From Felis catus (taxonomy: Eukaryota), in the NCBI RefSeq assembly GCF_018350175.1, contig NC_058368.1, positions 201,564,001-201,628,000 of the forward strand: a DNA stretch of 64,000 nt. Direction: 5' to 3'. Positions 52,010 through 63,799 of this stretch are shown one piece after another. The notes under the pieces are model-generated. The model was not told the DNA's origin and searched no databases. It was given only the letters and a program-made list of their open reading frames with translations. How positions within the stretch are numbered: position 1 is the stretch's first letter; each line of letters opens with the position of its first letter. The translations under genes were made by a program, and so were the position numbers.

Positions 52010-52599
52010 GTATGTCTTTGGCTTCCTTGGTTATTTTGTTTGTTTCCCAATTTACACACCCAGAGACCAAAGCTCCATTATCCTTTTGTTGCTTAGGGTT
52101 CATTCTTTCCTGTTCCATCTGTCTGTCACAAACGCACAATTTTGACCAGGCCATTCCTAATCCCTTCCTTTCCCTGGAATGGGAAGAAGGAGATGAAAAA
52201 TCCTCCCAGATGGAACCCCAAACAGCACTGCATCCAGTACAGTCTTTGTTTGGATTCAACAGCTGTCTGTTCGCCACGCCCTCAGCCCCCAAGACCAAAA
52301 TGCATTCTCGGGGGTTTCATTTGGGAAAGGGGGGAAAGGAAACGTAAAAAAAAAATAAATTAATTAAAAAATCGGTATTTTTACAAGCAGGATTCCACAA
52401 CCATTGGGAACTTTTGAGACTTTAACAGTTAATCTCTCAGGCGACATTATCACCCCAACAACTGTTTCCAAATAAGTCAACGCAAATGGAAAAAACATGT
52501 TGGTAATCTGGATACGCAGGTTTATTTTTCACCCTGAAAAGCTTGTTGGTTTTCTCTCCCTGACTCCCTCCTTCCCTCCCTCCTCAGCCTCAGTGCATT

Positions 52600-52913
52600 G
52601 TTTGTTGAAGGGGCGGGGGAGGGACATTGAGGGAAAGCTTAGGCGACGGGAACCTGGAGGCCGAGGGATTTCAAGGAAAGCGAAATAAACCAGGCGAGGA
52701 GGTGCGGGCTGTCCCCTCATTTCTCTAATTCGCCTCTGCTCCGGGTCAGAGCGCTAATGACGGCCTCGCTTCTACGATCTAGGACGCGGGTGCTTTCAAA
52801 CAAAGGATACAGGGTGCTCTCGCTTTTCCTTGTTCTCTCCCTAGCTTCCTTTTCCCTTCTCCCTTTCCTCCACCCCCCCTCCACCCCGCCTGCCAACGCT
52901 CCCCCCACCTCCA

Positions 52914-52955
<42 letters not shown>

Positions 52956-53800
52956 CGCCTGAAGCCCTTCCTTTCCCCTCCCTAGGCTCGGGTCTCGTGC
53001 TATTTGCCTCTCCTTGGCCGCCTACTCTCCACACGGGATTTCTAATCCCATTATCTTGCTGCCTGAAGGGCATGCTCCGATTTCCACAGGCCTTTTTGTG
53101 TTCCCGTTCAGGTCTTGAATTCAGGAGTCCACGAATAAATCTACAGCTCCCAACCTTTCGGATTGGATGCCTTTCGAGGCCCCGCTTGGTTCCACTCTTG
53201 CTTGCCTTAGGCTGCCCACGTCGGCTTAGAAACATTTCCACGGGTCCTGTTCTCGGGATATTTTCTATTTCTGAACATGTAAAGCGCACAAAGGACCCGA
53301 GATGCAGTGAAGGGACGGCTATTCCAGGAGAAAATGATGGGAATGAGCGTGGACGTGGGAGTGCCCTGATCACCGTGGGTTCTGGGGCGGGGGCCAGAGA
53401 AGGACACACAGCTGAGACGACCCAAGTGGCCTGCGGCGACGGGCAGCGCGTCCCAAGTGGAGCGCCAAGGCCCGGGCTCAGCCTTGGCCCGCTCCGCCCC
53501 TTTCTAAGGCTCCTCGGTGGCTTAGGGCCACCGGGGCCAGCTGTCTCCGGCTCCTGAGGCGACCCGCTCCAGCCCCCAAGAAGGAGGTTCCGACAGCCCC
53601 CAGGATACCCGATCTACCTGGTTTTCTACCAACGCAGACCGGAGGAACTGCAGCTCTATCCAGAGATGAGTTTTAAGGGTCACTCGAAATCGAGCCGCTG
53701 AGAGGACGGCCTTTTGGGGAGAACAGTTAAAAGAAAAATTCCCGAACACCTAGGTTCTGCCCGGTGCTAACAGGCGTATACGAACCCCGGCCTCGACAGT
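52600..53800. promoter_or_regulatory. CpG island 2
   Basis: CpG-dense with GC boxes (52610, 53384); contains (AC)19 at 52915-52952. Confidence 0.75.
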
Positions 53801-55129
53801 TTCTGAGACCCCGGACCTTGAGAAGCAAACCTGTTCCCAAGCCCTGAATGCCCGCCTTGGAAAAGTACAAAAAGAAAACTCTGCTTTTTTCCAAAATAAA
53901 AACTCCTTCCCCGCAAACGATTTTGGAAAACAACTATAACCCCGTTCCCAACAAGTACCAATATTGAGAACGTTTATACATTTTAAGTAGAAAGAAGACG
54001 TAAAGGATACATCCCGTTTCTGTTTAAATATCTACATTTTCAAATTGCTCTAGGCAACAATTTCTGGGGAAAAGGAGAGGGTGATGATTGAGGTGGGGGT
54101 GGAGTTTTATTTGTTCTTCATTATTTTATTTTATTTCGGTTTAGATGGGGGGGGTGGTTCTTTGTTATTTCGAGGTTCATTTGAAAGACCAAGGACTCCA
54201 CTATGAATAAAGCATTTTTTTGTTGTTTCAAAATTTCAAACTGGCATAAGTGTTGGATCATCAGTTTTCCCTTTGTCTGCCCTGGTTGTAAATAATGGCT
54301 TTGAGATTAGCTAATTAAGGGACATTAATCACTGATAGAAAGGGAATAAATCAAAGCCTTGTTCTAAATTTCAAACTTGCCTGTATAGATGTGCATAGCT
54401 ACTCTATCTGGAGCAGATTGGTGCTGTTTGAATTACTGTTCTTCAGAGTAAACTAAATCCACTTCAGTTTTAAAAAATGAATATTGTATTTATACAGCCC
54501 AGTTGTGCCGTTAAATTAAGCCCCCCTCCCATTCTTATTCCATTTTATAAACAAAGTGTAGAGACGACAGCTATTACGGGTTAAAAGAGCCAAATCTTAA
54601 CTTTCGCCTAGCGTTATGCTTACCTTTGGGGGGAGGGGGAGAAGAAGTCAGAAAAGGAAGGAATAAACCCTAAGCGGATACAGATGGAAAGAAGAATAAA
54701 TAGATTTGCATTGAGGTTTGTTTTTAATCAGAATACGGTTTCTGTAAAAATTCTTCAATGCCTGCAGTATTTCAGGTATATTTCTCTAGACTGCATTCCC
54801 TTGGCCCTCTGCATAAAACATTAAAAAACATTATGTTCTGGTTTGTGAAAAAGAAAAGCAAGCGGGGTGTGTGTGTGTGTGTGTGTGCAGGGAAGGAATC
54901 AGGCTCGATTCTCCACCGCATTTTCCCGCACCAGTCATGTTCATTGCATTTCAGCATTCCACGCTCAGAGCCCTGCACAGTATTTGGGAGCTTGGACCAT
55001 TTCAACACCGACAAAAGAGGCTTTAAATACATGCCATAAAACAACAAGCCGGTCCCTGGGAGCAAGTAAAAATTTATTCGTTTCACGTAAAGCCCTCCGA
55101 AACAGTAAACACAGAGCAGATAATCCAGA

Positions 55130-56340
55130 GCCAGGCAGGGGATCTGCGCGCCCTTGGCTGGCTGGCTGGCTGTGTCGGCGCGCGCGCGCCCGGCTGTGCG
55201 CGCATCTTGGCCTCTGTGCGCACCTTTCTCCCTAACCCCCGCCCCCCCGCACACACATACAAGTGCAAGTAAAGACTTGTGTGTTGATTCCCCACACTCT
55301 CTTCCTCCTCTGAGGCCCTATTTCCTTTTAGCAGCGACTCTCAGCTGAGGACTCAGTTCAAGATTAACGCCTGGGAAATGTGCACGTCTGGAGGGGAGAG
55401 TGGAGTCCTTGGGGTGAATTCGGCTAGTTGCCCTTTCCTGCCCGAAAAGCGCCCAACCATGGGTGTGCGCCCCCAGAGCTGCTGGTTGGAGAAAATGCCA
55501 CCTCCCGGCTCCTAAATCTCTCCACACATTGGGTTCTGTCCTTAACTGGACAATATTGGCTGCCAAAGGCAGGTGCCAATTCCCCAGAGGCTAAAACCTT
55601 CTAATAGCCTCAGCCTGCACAAGCCCCTCTCTTCTTAGGTTGCTGCTGCTTCTCCTTTTTTTTTTTTTTTAACCTTTATTTTTTTTAAGTCAAGAACTTT
55701 ATAATTTAAGGTGTCCAATGTACCGTGTCATTTAAAAACGGCTCACAGACTGCGCCAGAACCCGCGACTAGGGAGCGAGTGGGGGAGGGAACCCAGCAAG
55801 AAAGGAGGGGCAGCAGCCGGGGAAGGGATATTTGCATAAAGCTTTGTCTTTAATGGTTCTCAGGCTGCTGAGGGTTATAACGCTAATTACACAAGATTAA
55901 TATGGAGATTGTTCTCCATTGCTCACCAAGATTTATTTAAACAGTGAACTGCTCAAGATCCAAAGCCGTAAACCATCCCACCCCGCTGCCGGGCCCGGAT
56001 TTTCTCCCTGCAGAAAGTTTCCCCAAGTCCAGAGGAGAAAAGAAGAGCTGCCATTGAATCAGAAGCTCCTAAAAGCCAACTTTGGAGGTATTGATGTTTA
56101 AACAAATACCTGCCGGCCCTCGGCTATATAAATTCATAGAATGCAGTTCCCTGTTTTGCCCGAACCCTCTACCTCTTTCGCCTTTTCCTCGGCGCTACCT
56201 CTTGATTTGGGCGAGAAGTGGCCAAGGAGTAAAATCCGGTGCCCGAGCGCCCCCTAGTGCGACCAAAGGGGAAGAGAAGCCTTGGCGGCACGCCTGAGTT
56301 TCAGCGGTCCGATGCTGTCCCTTAGCGGATTAGAGTGGGA
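55130..56340. promoter_or_regulatory. CpG-rich region 3
   Basis: CpG clusters at 55140-55500, 55740-55830 and 55960-56330; octamer ATTTGCAT at 55830-55837. Confidence 0.6.
56243..56262 (-). promoter_or_regulatory. CTCF-like binding motif
   Basis: Minus strand reads CGCACTAGGGGGCGCT, close to the CTCF core CCACYAGRKGGCRS. Confidence 0.55.
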
Positions 56341-56364
56341 TAGGGCTGAGTGCTAGGAAATGGG

Positions 56365-56445
56365 TCTCCGCTGAGGCTCATACTACAATCACCTGGGGAG
56401 CTTAGTAATGCTAACGTAAGCCGTGCGCGCGCGCGCGCGCGCACA

Positions 56446-56476
<31 letters not shown>

Positions 56477-56620
56477 GCACACACACACTCACACACACAC
56501 ACACACACACACGTCCACTATCAAGGGTTCTAATATTTAGATTCATTGGTTTTAGCTGGGATTCAGGCATCTTTTCTTCCCGCAGATAATTTAATGTGCA
56601 GCCAGGAAAGAAAACTAATA
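56365..56620. mobile_element. MER5B-like MITE interrupted by a compound microsatellite
   Basis: 'aatcacctggggagctt' on the left; 'gattcattggttttagctggg...ggcatc...cagataatttaatgtgcagccagg' on the right. Confidence 0.7.
56422..56514. repeat. (GC)9(AC)10(GC)8(AC)n compound alternating purine-pyrimidine tract
   Basis: Read directly. Confidence 0.95.
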
Positions 56621-56984
56621 TTTGAGAATTTCCAGGACTTTCCAAAATAATTACTGGTTACAGTGCAAATGAAAAAGGTTCTTGGCTTAACACTTACCTT
56701 TTATATACCCTTCGATATTTACTAATTGTACTTAGAAAACCATGAGCTCATTATCCCTAGGCTCCTTGGGAGAGTTATTTCAAAGGGTTTTTTGTTTTGG
56801 ATTATTGGGAAACTTTGCTCTGAATTTAAATGTAGGATTGTATCTTGAAATAATTTAAGATGTTTGAGACTAGGTTCTTGTTATCTTCTTTCTTGAGGTA
56901 AACATGTGGTGAGAACTTCAACAATGGTAAAAATCATACTGATATAAAATTGTAATTATAAAAGGATTAGGAATAGGAGATGAT

Positions 56985-57130
56985 TCAAAGCTAGAGCTGG
57001 ATTCTAGTTTTCACAGTGCAGTAAGTTGCTATCTCACTTTAGGCAAATCTTTCAACCAAGTTGTGTCTCAGTTTCCTCTTTAATAAATGGAGTATCCCAG
57101 AGGATGATTTTAAGGTCCTTTCTAGACTTA
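56985..57130 (+). mobile_element. MIR fragment
   Basis: 'ctggattctagtt...ttaggcaaatc...tgtgtctcagtttcctctttaataaatgg...taaggtcctttctag'. Confidence 0.7.
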
Positions 57131-57148
57131 GTGAATTTGTAGACCTAA

Positions 57149-57150
<2 letters not shown>

Positions 57151-57192
<42 letters not shown>
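57151..57192. repeat. (CA)21 microsatellite
   Basis: Read directly. Confidence 0.97.
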
Positions 57193-57195
<3 letters not shown>

Positions 57196-58889
57196 TGTTC
57201 CTGAAAAAGTTGCAGATATATTTGTCATTATTTGTTCTATTCATTCTCCTAAAAGACAATCACTATTGTAAATTCAGGCTTTTGAAATGTGTCCTTTTCT
57301 ATAGTCACAGCATAGAGAATTTTACAAGGCTCCCCCAAATCATATACATATATATATATATAATCATATATATTTAGTCATGTATATACATAACATGTCA
57401 CTAGTTCAACACATTCAAATAAAGTTAGACAAATTATTACCCCATTCACCCAAACTAATCCCTAATTTTTGACAGTTTTGTAATGGTCTCCACAAATGAA
57501 GTGCTATGAAGGAGGGAATAAAGAGCTGAATTTTTGGACTCTGGCTACGTAGTGACTAGAGATTTGTGACTTCCCTTTGAGGGGTGTCTGCATGAAATCT
57601 TTCAAACTTTTTCTGGGTTTCAGTTCTCAAGAATCAGGTCATTGTCACTGATGGAGGAACTTTAGCAAAAGAGCCTGGCAATTATTAGCATCAGCAGAAG
57701 GTTGTGTTTGGAGGAAGCAATTAGAAATGAAGTATCTCAAAAGAAACCAAAAAAAAAATTGTAAACAGCAACAGAATGTGAAGTTTTCACTTTATCTATT
57801 CTCACTAAGAATCACATTTAGATGATCCAAAATTACTACATCAGATAACCACAGTTACATTAGATGATGTATAGTTACATTAACATTCACATTGTTAAGA
57901 TCTTTTAAGTCGTAAAATAAAATAGCAAGCATATAAAATATGTGTTTTTTCATCATAAGAGGTATTTTTTTTAAGTTGCTTTAAGAACAAACATTTCGAA
58001 GACGTAGCACTGAAATTGTTCACACCCCATACCTCATTCATGACAGCAACTACAGAACTGGCTTATCTCTGTTATGCTTCCCAGCCTTGTGAATTTTTCT
58101 AGTAAATAAGTACCAGTTTGTTCAAGGGACTTGCTCTGAGGTCTTGCTGATATTTAAGATTTTCACAGTATCTTTGGCAATGTGGTTCCAAAAATGTTAT
58201 TTTTCTTCATTACTTTAAAAAACTCATCTGTAACGCTTAAGCAAAATTAACAAACATCCATAAATCATTTGCTTTCCTCTTGTGGTAACTTATATGATGA
58301 CACAAGAGACATAAAGAAATGAGTGTGAGTGTGCATGAATGTATGTGCAGCAATAGTAGTGGCAATCGTGCACACATTTCAGGGTCATGGTCCACTCCTA
58401 ACGCTGACTCTGAGAACTTCACCTCCAGCCACAGACTTGAAGCTGGGAAGCCATGTTTTCACTCTGGAACCCAATCTGACCCCAACAACTGCAACCATCC
58501 ACCTCCCCACAACTAACTTGAAGGACATGAATCCCTTTTTCAAAGATTCAGAGACAAATCAAAGTCTATCTTTCAGAATATGAAACTGAACTCACATAAA
58601 ATTAACTAGATAGTCTTTGCGGCCAGAAGAGAGAACTGTGGCCCACTGGGAGCTGCAGACTGGTCATCTTTACTTCACCTGCTATGCTCTATTTGTATCT
58701 GCCCGCACTCATACAGTGTTAATCCTCTGAGGTATCTCGTTCCGTCTAAAGGCAGAATGTTACAATTAGGAATTGTCCACACTGAGGTTGTTGGTGAGGA
58801 AGATGTTTTGGAGACATTCCTTAAAATACCTCAACATCTTTGGGAATGTTCCTAAAGAGAGAAAAGAAATAATTTAAGTAATTTATGAA

Positions 58890-59060
58890 GGAAGCATTTC
58901 GATACATTATCCTATATAATCCCCACACAGCCCACTTTATATTCAAGAAACTGTGACTCAGGGAATTTCATAACTTAGACAACATCAAATAGTTTTTCTA
59001 GATCTGAAATGACATTTGGAACCCAGTGGGTATGAGGCCATAACCTAAAATCATTCTACT
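58890..59060 (-). mobile_element. MIR fragment
   Basis: 'cccactttatattcaagaaactgtgactcaggga...catttggaacccag'. Confidence 0.55.
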
Positions 59061-60296
59061 GTGTGCCTTTCCCTTTCTCAATTATTTTAAATATCTTGAG
59101 AAACTCTCAACTCCAACCATTACTCACCAGTCTAATGAGACACCGACTAAAACAAATAATATCGGAGATGAGATATAAAGAGGTAAAACATAGGTCTTTT
59201 GCAAAAACTGATCTACTAGGATCATCACTTTGATTTTCTCGGGAACCTAGAAACTGGTCTTAATGGTGGAGTACCTCTGGTTTTTGCTTGAAAGTGGATG
59301 CCCTGTGTTACAAATATTTACAAATAGTCCTATTTCCTCTTTTCCCGCTAACCCCTGTCTCCCCAAAATTAATGTACACTCTTTTCTTTGTAAATTTTTC
59401 ATCATTCCTATTTTTGGATACTTTCAGAAGATCAGAGGCTCTGTGCTATCTACTTTTTCTAATGCTATTATCACATCTCAAGAAACCCATCTACACCTAA
59501 TGACGCTTTAATGTTTTCTTTACTTATATCATTTCTTTGAAGGATATTAATGTCCTTCCATTAATATTTCTTCTAAGCCAAGAGACGAATCATCTTCCAA
59601 CTGGCATATTTCCACGCTGGTCTGAATGATAATTTTTATAATAAATATTGCATGTCATGTCTTATTACCAAAATCTCTCTTCAGCATAAATGTCCATTTT
59701 GTAAGAGGATTAGTTAGGCTTTGCTGTAGGATACTTGTATTTTCAGTAAGCTTTTTCAATCCTTTCATTTAGTCAAAAGGTGATTAAAATGACAGAAAAG
59801 CATTTAAACTTGGTTATCATGATCAACCTTGCCAATAGCTGCCTTTCTTACATCACATGCTTTACTTAGAGGTAGAGAAGCAGTCACCTTTGAGTGCCTT
59901 TTCTACTTGCAGCCCATCAAAATGGGAAGTTTTCTAGAATTCTCCCAAATATGCTTGACGAAGTCAATTTCTCTTACAGTATCCTTTGCTGCCACCTGCT
60001 GTTCAACCTGCATTTATGAAGACTGTGAATGCTTTCTACCAACTGAAGGCGTATTTGCTAACCTAAGGGGTGAATGCAATGAGAAGGGCTGATTCTTAGC
60101 TGGACCCTTTCATATGATCACACTTCAAGATGATCTTTAAACCATTAACTGTACTTAACATTTGTACCAGTTGGTTTCCTTTGTCACACCCTTTCTTCCA
60201 AATCGTCAACAATATCATGAGACACCCTAGTTCTTTTTCCTTTCTAGCACATTAGGCTGGCTATTCAGGTAATCAGTGTTTTAAAAAATTTCCGCA

Positions 60297-60500
60297 GGGG
60301 CGCCTGGGTGGCTCAGTCAATTAAGCGTCCGACTTCGGCTCAGGTCATGATCTCACAGTTTGTGAGTTCAAGTCTTGCGTCGGACTCTGTGCTGACAGCT
60401 CAGAGCCTGGAGCCTGCTTCAGATTCTGTGTCTCCCTCTCTTTGCCCCTCACCCACTTATGCTCTGTCTCTCAAAAAGAAATAAACATTAAAAAAACTTT
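60297..60500 (+). mobile_element. Can-SINE (SINEC_Fc2-like)
   Basis: 'ggggcgcctgggtggctcagtcaattaagcgtccgacttcggctcaggtcatgatctcac'. Confidence 0.96.
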
Positions 60501-61113
60501 TTTTAACTTCTGGAGTATCTAGTCTGTACACGGCCAGAACTGTAAGCTGGGACCACCATTTGTAACTGTAATACTCATTAATTGGTAGGATTTTTTTTGT
60601 ATCCCCTGCTTCCAGCTGCCCTACCTCCACTTGGCGGTCAGTGATTGCTTGTACAACTAGATGCCATCTCTTAGACAAGAGAAGTTGGGCTGCAGCATAT
60701 ATTGCTTTTTTGCTGTCCTTTTTGCTACTTTACTATTACGTGGACTTAGTTCTTTAACTTGAGAGTTATAAAATGGGTTGATAATAGAGACTAAATATAC
60801 GTCATTACCGGATCCCTTTTGTGAATGGTAGATGGTTAGCTGTATAAAATACTGCCTTTGTCTTAAAACTGGGCCCACCTTAGGGAATTAATTTAGCAGT
60901 GAGGTCTCGCCCTAACATCGCTGGAGCACCTGCTAACATTTTTTAGGGCATCTTCTAGAGGCGAACGAAGCATCAGAGACAGAAGTCGCATAGGCTGGCT
61001 GACTCTCACTTGTGACCCTTTACAGTTTTAACTAGAAAGAAATTCAACCCGGCACTGGGTTTTTTAAAAAAATGCAGAGAATGATCTCTTGTTTTCTTCT
61101 TAAGCTCACCATC

Positions 61114-61472
61114 TCCCTTAGTCCATTCAGGCTGCTATACACAGTACCGTAGTCTGGGTGGATTATAAACAGCAGACATTTTCTTTTCCCCGGAGGCTGG
61201 CAGGTGTAAGATCAAGATCCCCCTTAGGTTTGCTGTGGTGAGGACCGGCTTCCCAGTTCCTAGACAGCTGTCTTTTCATGGGAAACCCAAGAAGCAGAAG
61301 GAGCAAGGGAGCTCTCTGGAATCTCTTTTATAAAAACACTCATCCCATTGATGAGGGCTCCACCCTCATGACCCAGTCACCTCCCAAGGGCCCACCTTCT
61401 CAAACCATCACCTTGGGGGCTAGGATCGCAACATAAAAATTTGAAAGGGACGCAAACATTCCGTCCACAGCA
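61114..61472 (-). mobile_element. MLT1A-type MaLR solo LTR
   Basis: 'cttagtccattcaggctgctat' ... 'gggacgcaaacattccgtccacagca'; perfect 5-bp TSD ccatc (61109-61113 / 61473-61477). Confidence 0.92.
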
Positions 61473-62546
61473 CCATCCTTTTCCATCAAATTTGTCAGGA
61501 GCAGCAAGGGCGTTACAGGAACTTGTGAGAACACTGGCCGATCCAGCTTGCAGAAATGCTCCCTCTCTTCATGGAAGAATTCTTTTTTTTTTTTCCTCCA
61601 AATGTTAAATTCAGGCCCAGATAAGTCACCCAGCTCAACCAAGCATTTCAAAACCACCTGGTCTCCTTAAATGTTCCTGTGACCAGGCTTCCAGAATCCT
61701 GTAGGGCAAAAATTGCTAACAAAGAGAAGTCATCCGCAAAGGTCACTGCTCCTAAGCTCATCTTTGGCAACAGACAGCTATGTGCTGACATTGAAAAATG
61801 TTTCTAAGGTACAAGATATAGTTCTCTTTCATGCAAAATTTCCAAATCTGATTTGCCTTTCAAATTTATTGCAACCTTTTAAGGAGTGGTTCTGGCAATG
61901 TTTGGGAAGTGATAACAGTCAGAAAGCTGTGGAAATGATTTAATGGTCCAGAACTTTGAAGTGCCTATTAAAGACATTTAAATAACTTCATATTTCTCCC
62001 TACATTTTCCCCAAAATGTGTATGCATGGAAGTTTTCCAAATGGCTTTTTCTTTAAAGCACCGGGGCCATCATTTTTATGTTAGAAGGAGGAAATTTATT
62101 ACTTTACAGGTTCCTTGCTTCCATGTGTTTTTCTTCAGAGCTCACTGAAGTTACTCATTTTCATCTTTTACTAACAAATTAAAAGACTTTGTTTTCTTAA
62201 TTTCTTTTTTGATGCATTATGCAGGTAACCCTCCCTCCCCTTACTGCTGCCCCTATAAATCTTCTAGTTACTTCAAGTTCAGCAGCAAGCTGTAGAAATC
62301 TAACTCTGGGAAGTGGGAAAGAAGGGAGAGAGGGAGAACTAACATTTTAATCACTTATCTGATGCTAAGCACTGAGCAAGATCCTTTATTTCATAGAGAT
62401 TTGCTCATTGCAGGCATGAATTCATGCACTTGTGGGCATAAGATCTCGGCATTGTTCTTAGGACTGGGTTCTATCCATCACTTTATTCATGGTCTAGTAG
62501 AACAAACACACAAGTACAAAGTCAATGTCAATGCAATACCAAATGC

Positions 62547-63018
62547 TTTTTTTTTTGGTAATGTTTATTTATTTGTTTTGAGAGAGCTAGAGACAGCGCA
62601 AGCAGGGGAGAGCAGAGAGAGAAGGAGAGAGAGAATCCCAAGCAGGCTCTGCGTTGTCCATAGAGCCCAACACGGGGCTCAATCTCAGGTACTGTGAGAT
62701 CATGATCTGAGTCAAAACCAAGAGTCATAAAAACAAAGAGGGGGACAAACCGTAAGAGACTCTCAAACTGAGTGCTGCTGGTGGGGTGTTGGGTTGGGGG
62801 ATGGGCTAAGTGGGTGATGGGTATCAAGGAGAGCACTTGGGATGAGCACTGGGTGTTATATGTAAGTGATGAATCACTAAATCCTATTCCTCAAATCATT
62901 ATTACGCTATATGTTAACTAACTTGTATTTAAATAATAAAAAAAGTTAAAAAAATTAAAAATTAAAAAAAAAGAAACGAAGAGTCGGACTGTAACCAACG
63001 GAGCCACCCAGATGCCCC
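62547..63018 (-). mobile_element. Can-SINE split in two by an L1 insertion
   Basis: SINE body at 62547-62726 and SINE head at 62973-63018; outer TSD aaatgcttttt (62541 / 63019). Confidence 0.93.
62727..62972 (+). mobile_element. Carnivore L1 3' end (5'-truncated) with A tail
   Basis: 'gggatgagcactgggtgttatatgtaagtgatgaatcactaaatcctattcc...tatgttaactaacttg'; TSD aaaaccaagagtc (62714-62726) / gaaacgaagagtc (62973-62985). Confidence 0.92.
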
Positions 63019-63039
63019 AAATGCTTTTTGAGAGACAGT

Positions 63040-63290
63040 ACTAATAAGGTGACCGAGAGCATGGTGTTTCGAAGGCAGGTTGTCTGTTTGAATCCAAGCT
63101 CTACCATTTGCACACTCTATAATCTTGTGTAAGTTTCCTCACCCTTCTACCTTGGTCTCCCCATCTGTAAAGTGGAAATAGGAAGAGTATCCATCTCAAG
63201 AAGTTGTTATGACAATAAAACGAGTTAATACACAGAGAGTGGTCATAAGAGTGCCTGGTAAGTTTACATGCCTGGCTACTTCTCAAAATT
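63040..63290 (+). mobile_element. MIR
   Basis: 'gtttgaatccaagctctacca...cttggtctccccatctgtaaagtggaaatagg...gagttaatacac...agtgcctgg'. Confidence 0.8.
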
Positions 63291-63299
63291 TAGATTTCA

Positions 63300-63590
63300 C
63301 CTCAACTGCCATGTCTTTTACCAGAATATCTCCATCGGCCCATAGGCTCTCCTCAAGAGCCACTTGACTCCTCCCATGCAATTTGGTGCCTTGTAACCCA
63401 TATCACTATGTGAAATTATTTTTATTCTTATGTGCTTGCTTGTTTATTGTCTCTTTTGCTCCACTAGTGTGTACAAAACACAAGAGATCATTCTGGCTTT
63501 ATTCATTGCTGAATTTCTAGGCCCTCATGAAGTACCTGGCACATAATCATTTTTCAGCTAGAATATGTGAAGTGAATTGTTGAATGTTAA
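63300..63590 (+). mobile_element. L2 3' end
   Basis: 'tgtttattgtctc...ttattcattgctgaatttctag...gtacctggcacataat...tgaattgttgaatg'. Confidence 0.75.
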
Positions 63591-63799
63591 GGGCTCTGAC
63601 ACAGGTAAGCCCAGAGCTCTCTTTGGGAGTACATAGGAGACGTAGTTGACCCAGTCTTTGATGTCATCACAGACAGTTTCCAAAAGGAATTGACATCCTT
63701 CAGGGACTTGCAGACGATCCATAATTAGGGACAGAGGCAGGGGTAGGGCAGTTCAGGGAGGCAAGAGTTTTGTGGGAAGAATATGCAGTTACTCCTCAC

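Noticed and set aside
52717..53557. Longest ORFs (266 aa on +, 230 aa on -)
   Set aside because: They run through an (AC)19 microsatellite (HTHT / VCVC) in GC-rich, stop-poor island DNA, with no recognisable domain.
47600..56400. Assigning a gene symbol or miRNA host to the promoter cluster
   Set aside because: No coding exon, known 5' UTR or miRNA hairpin was recognised; any name would be a guess.
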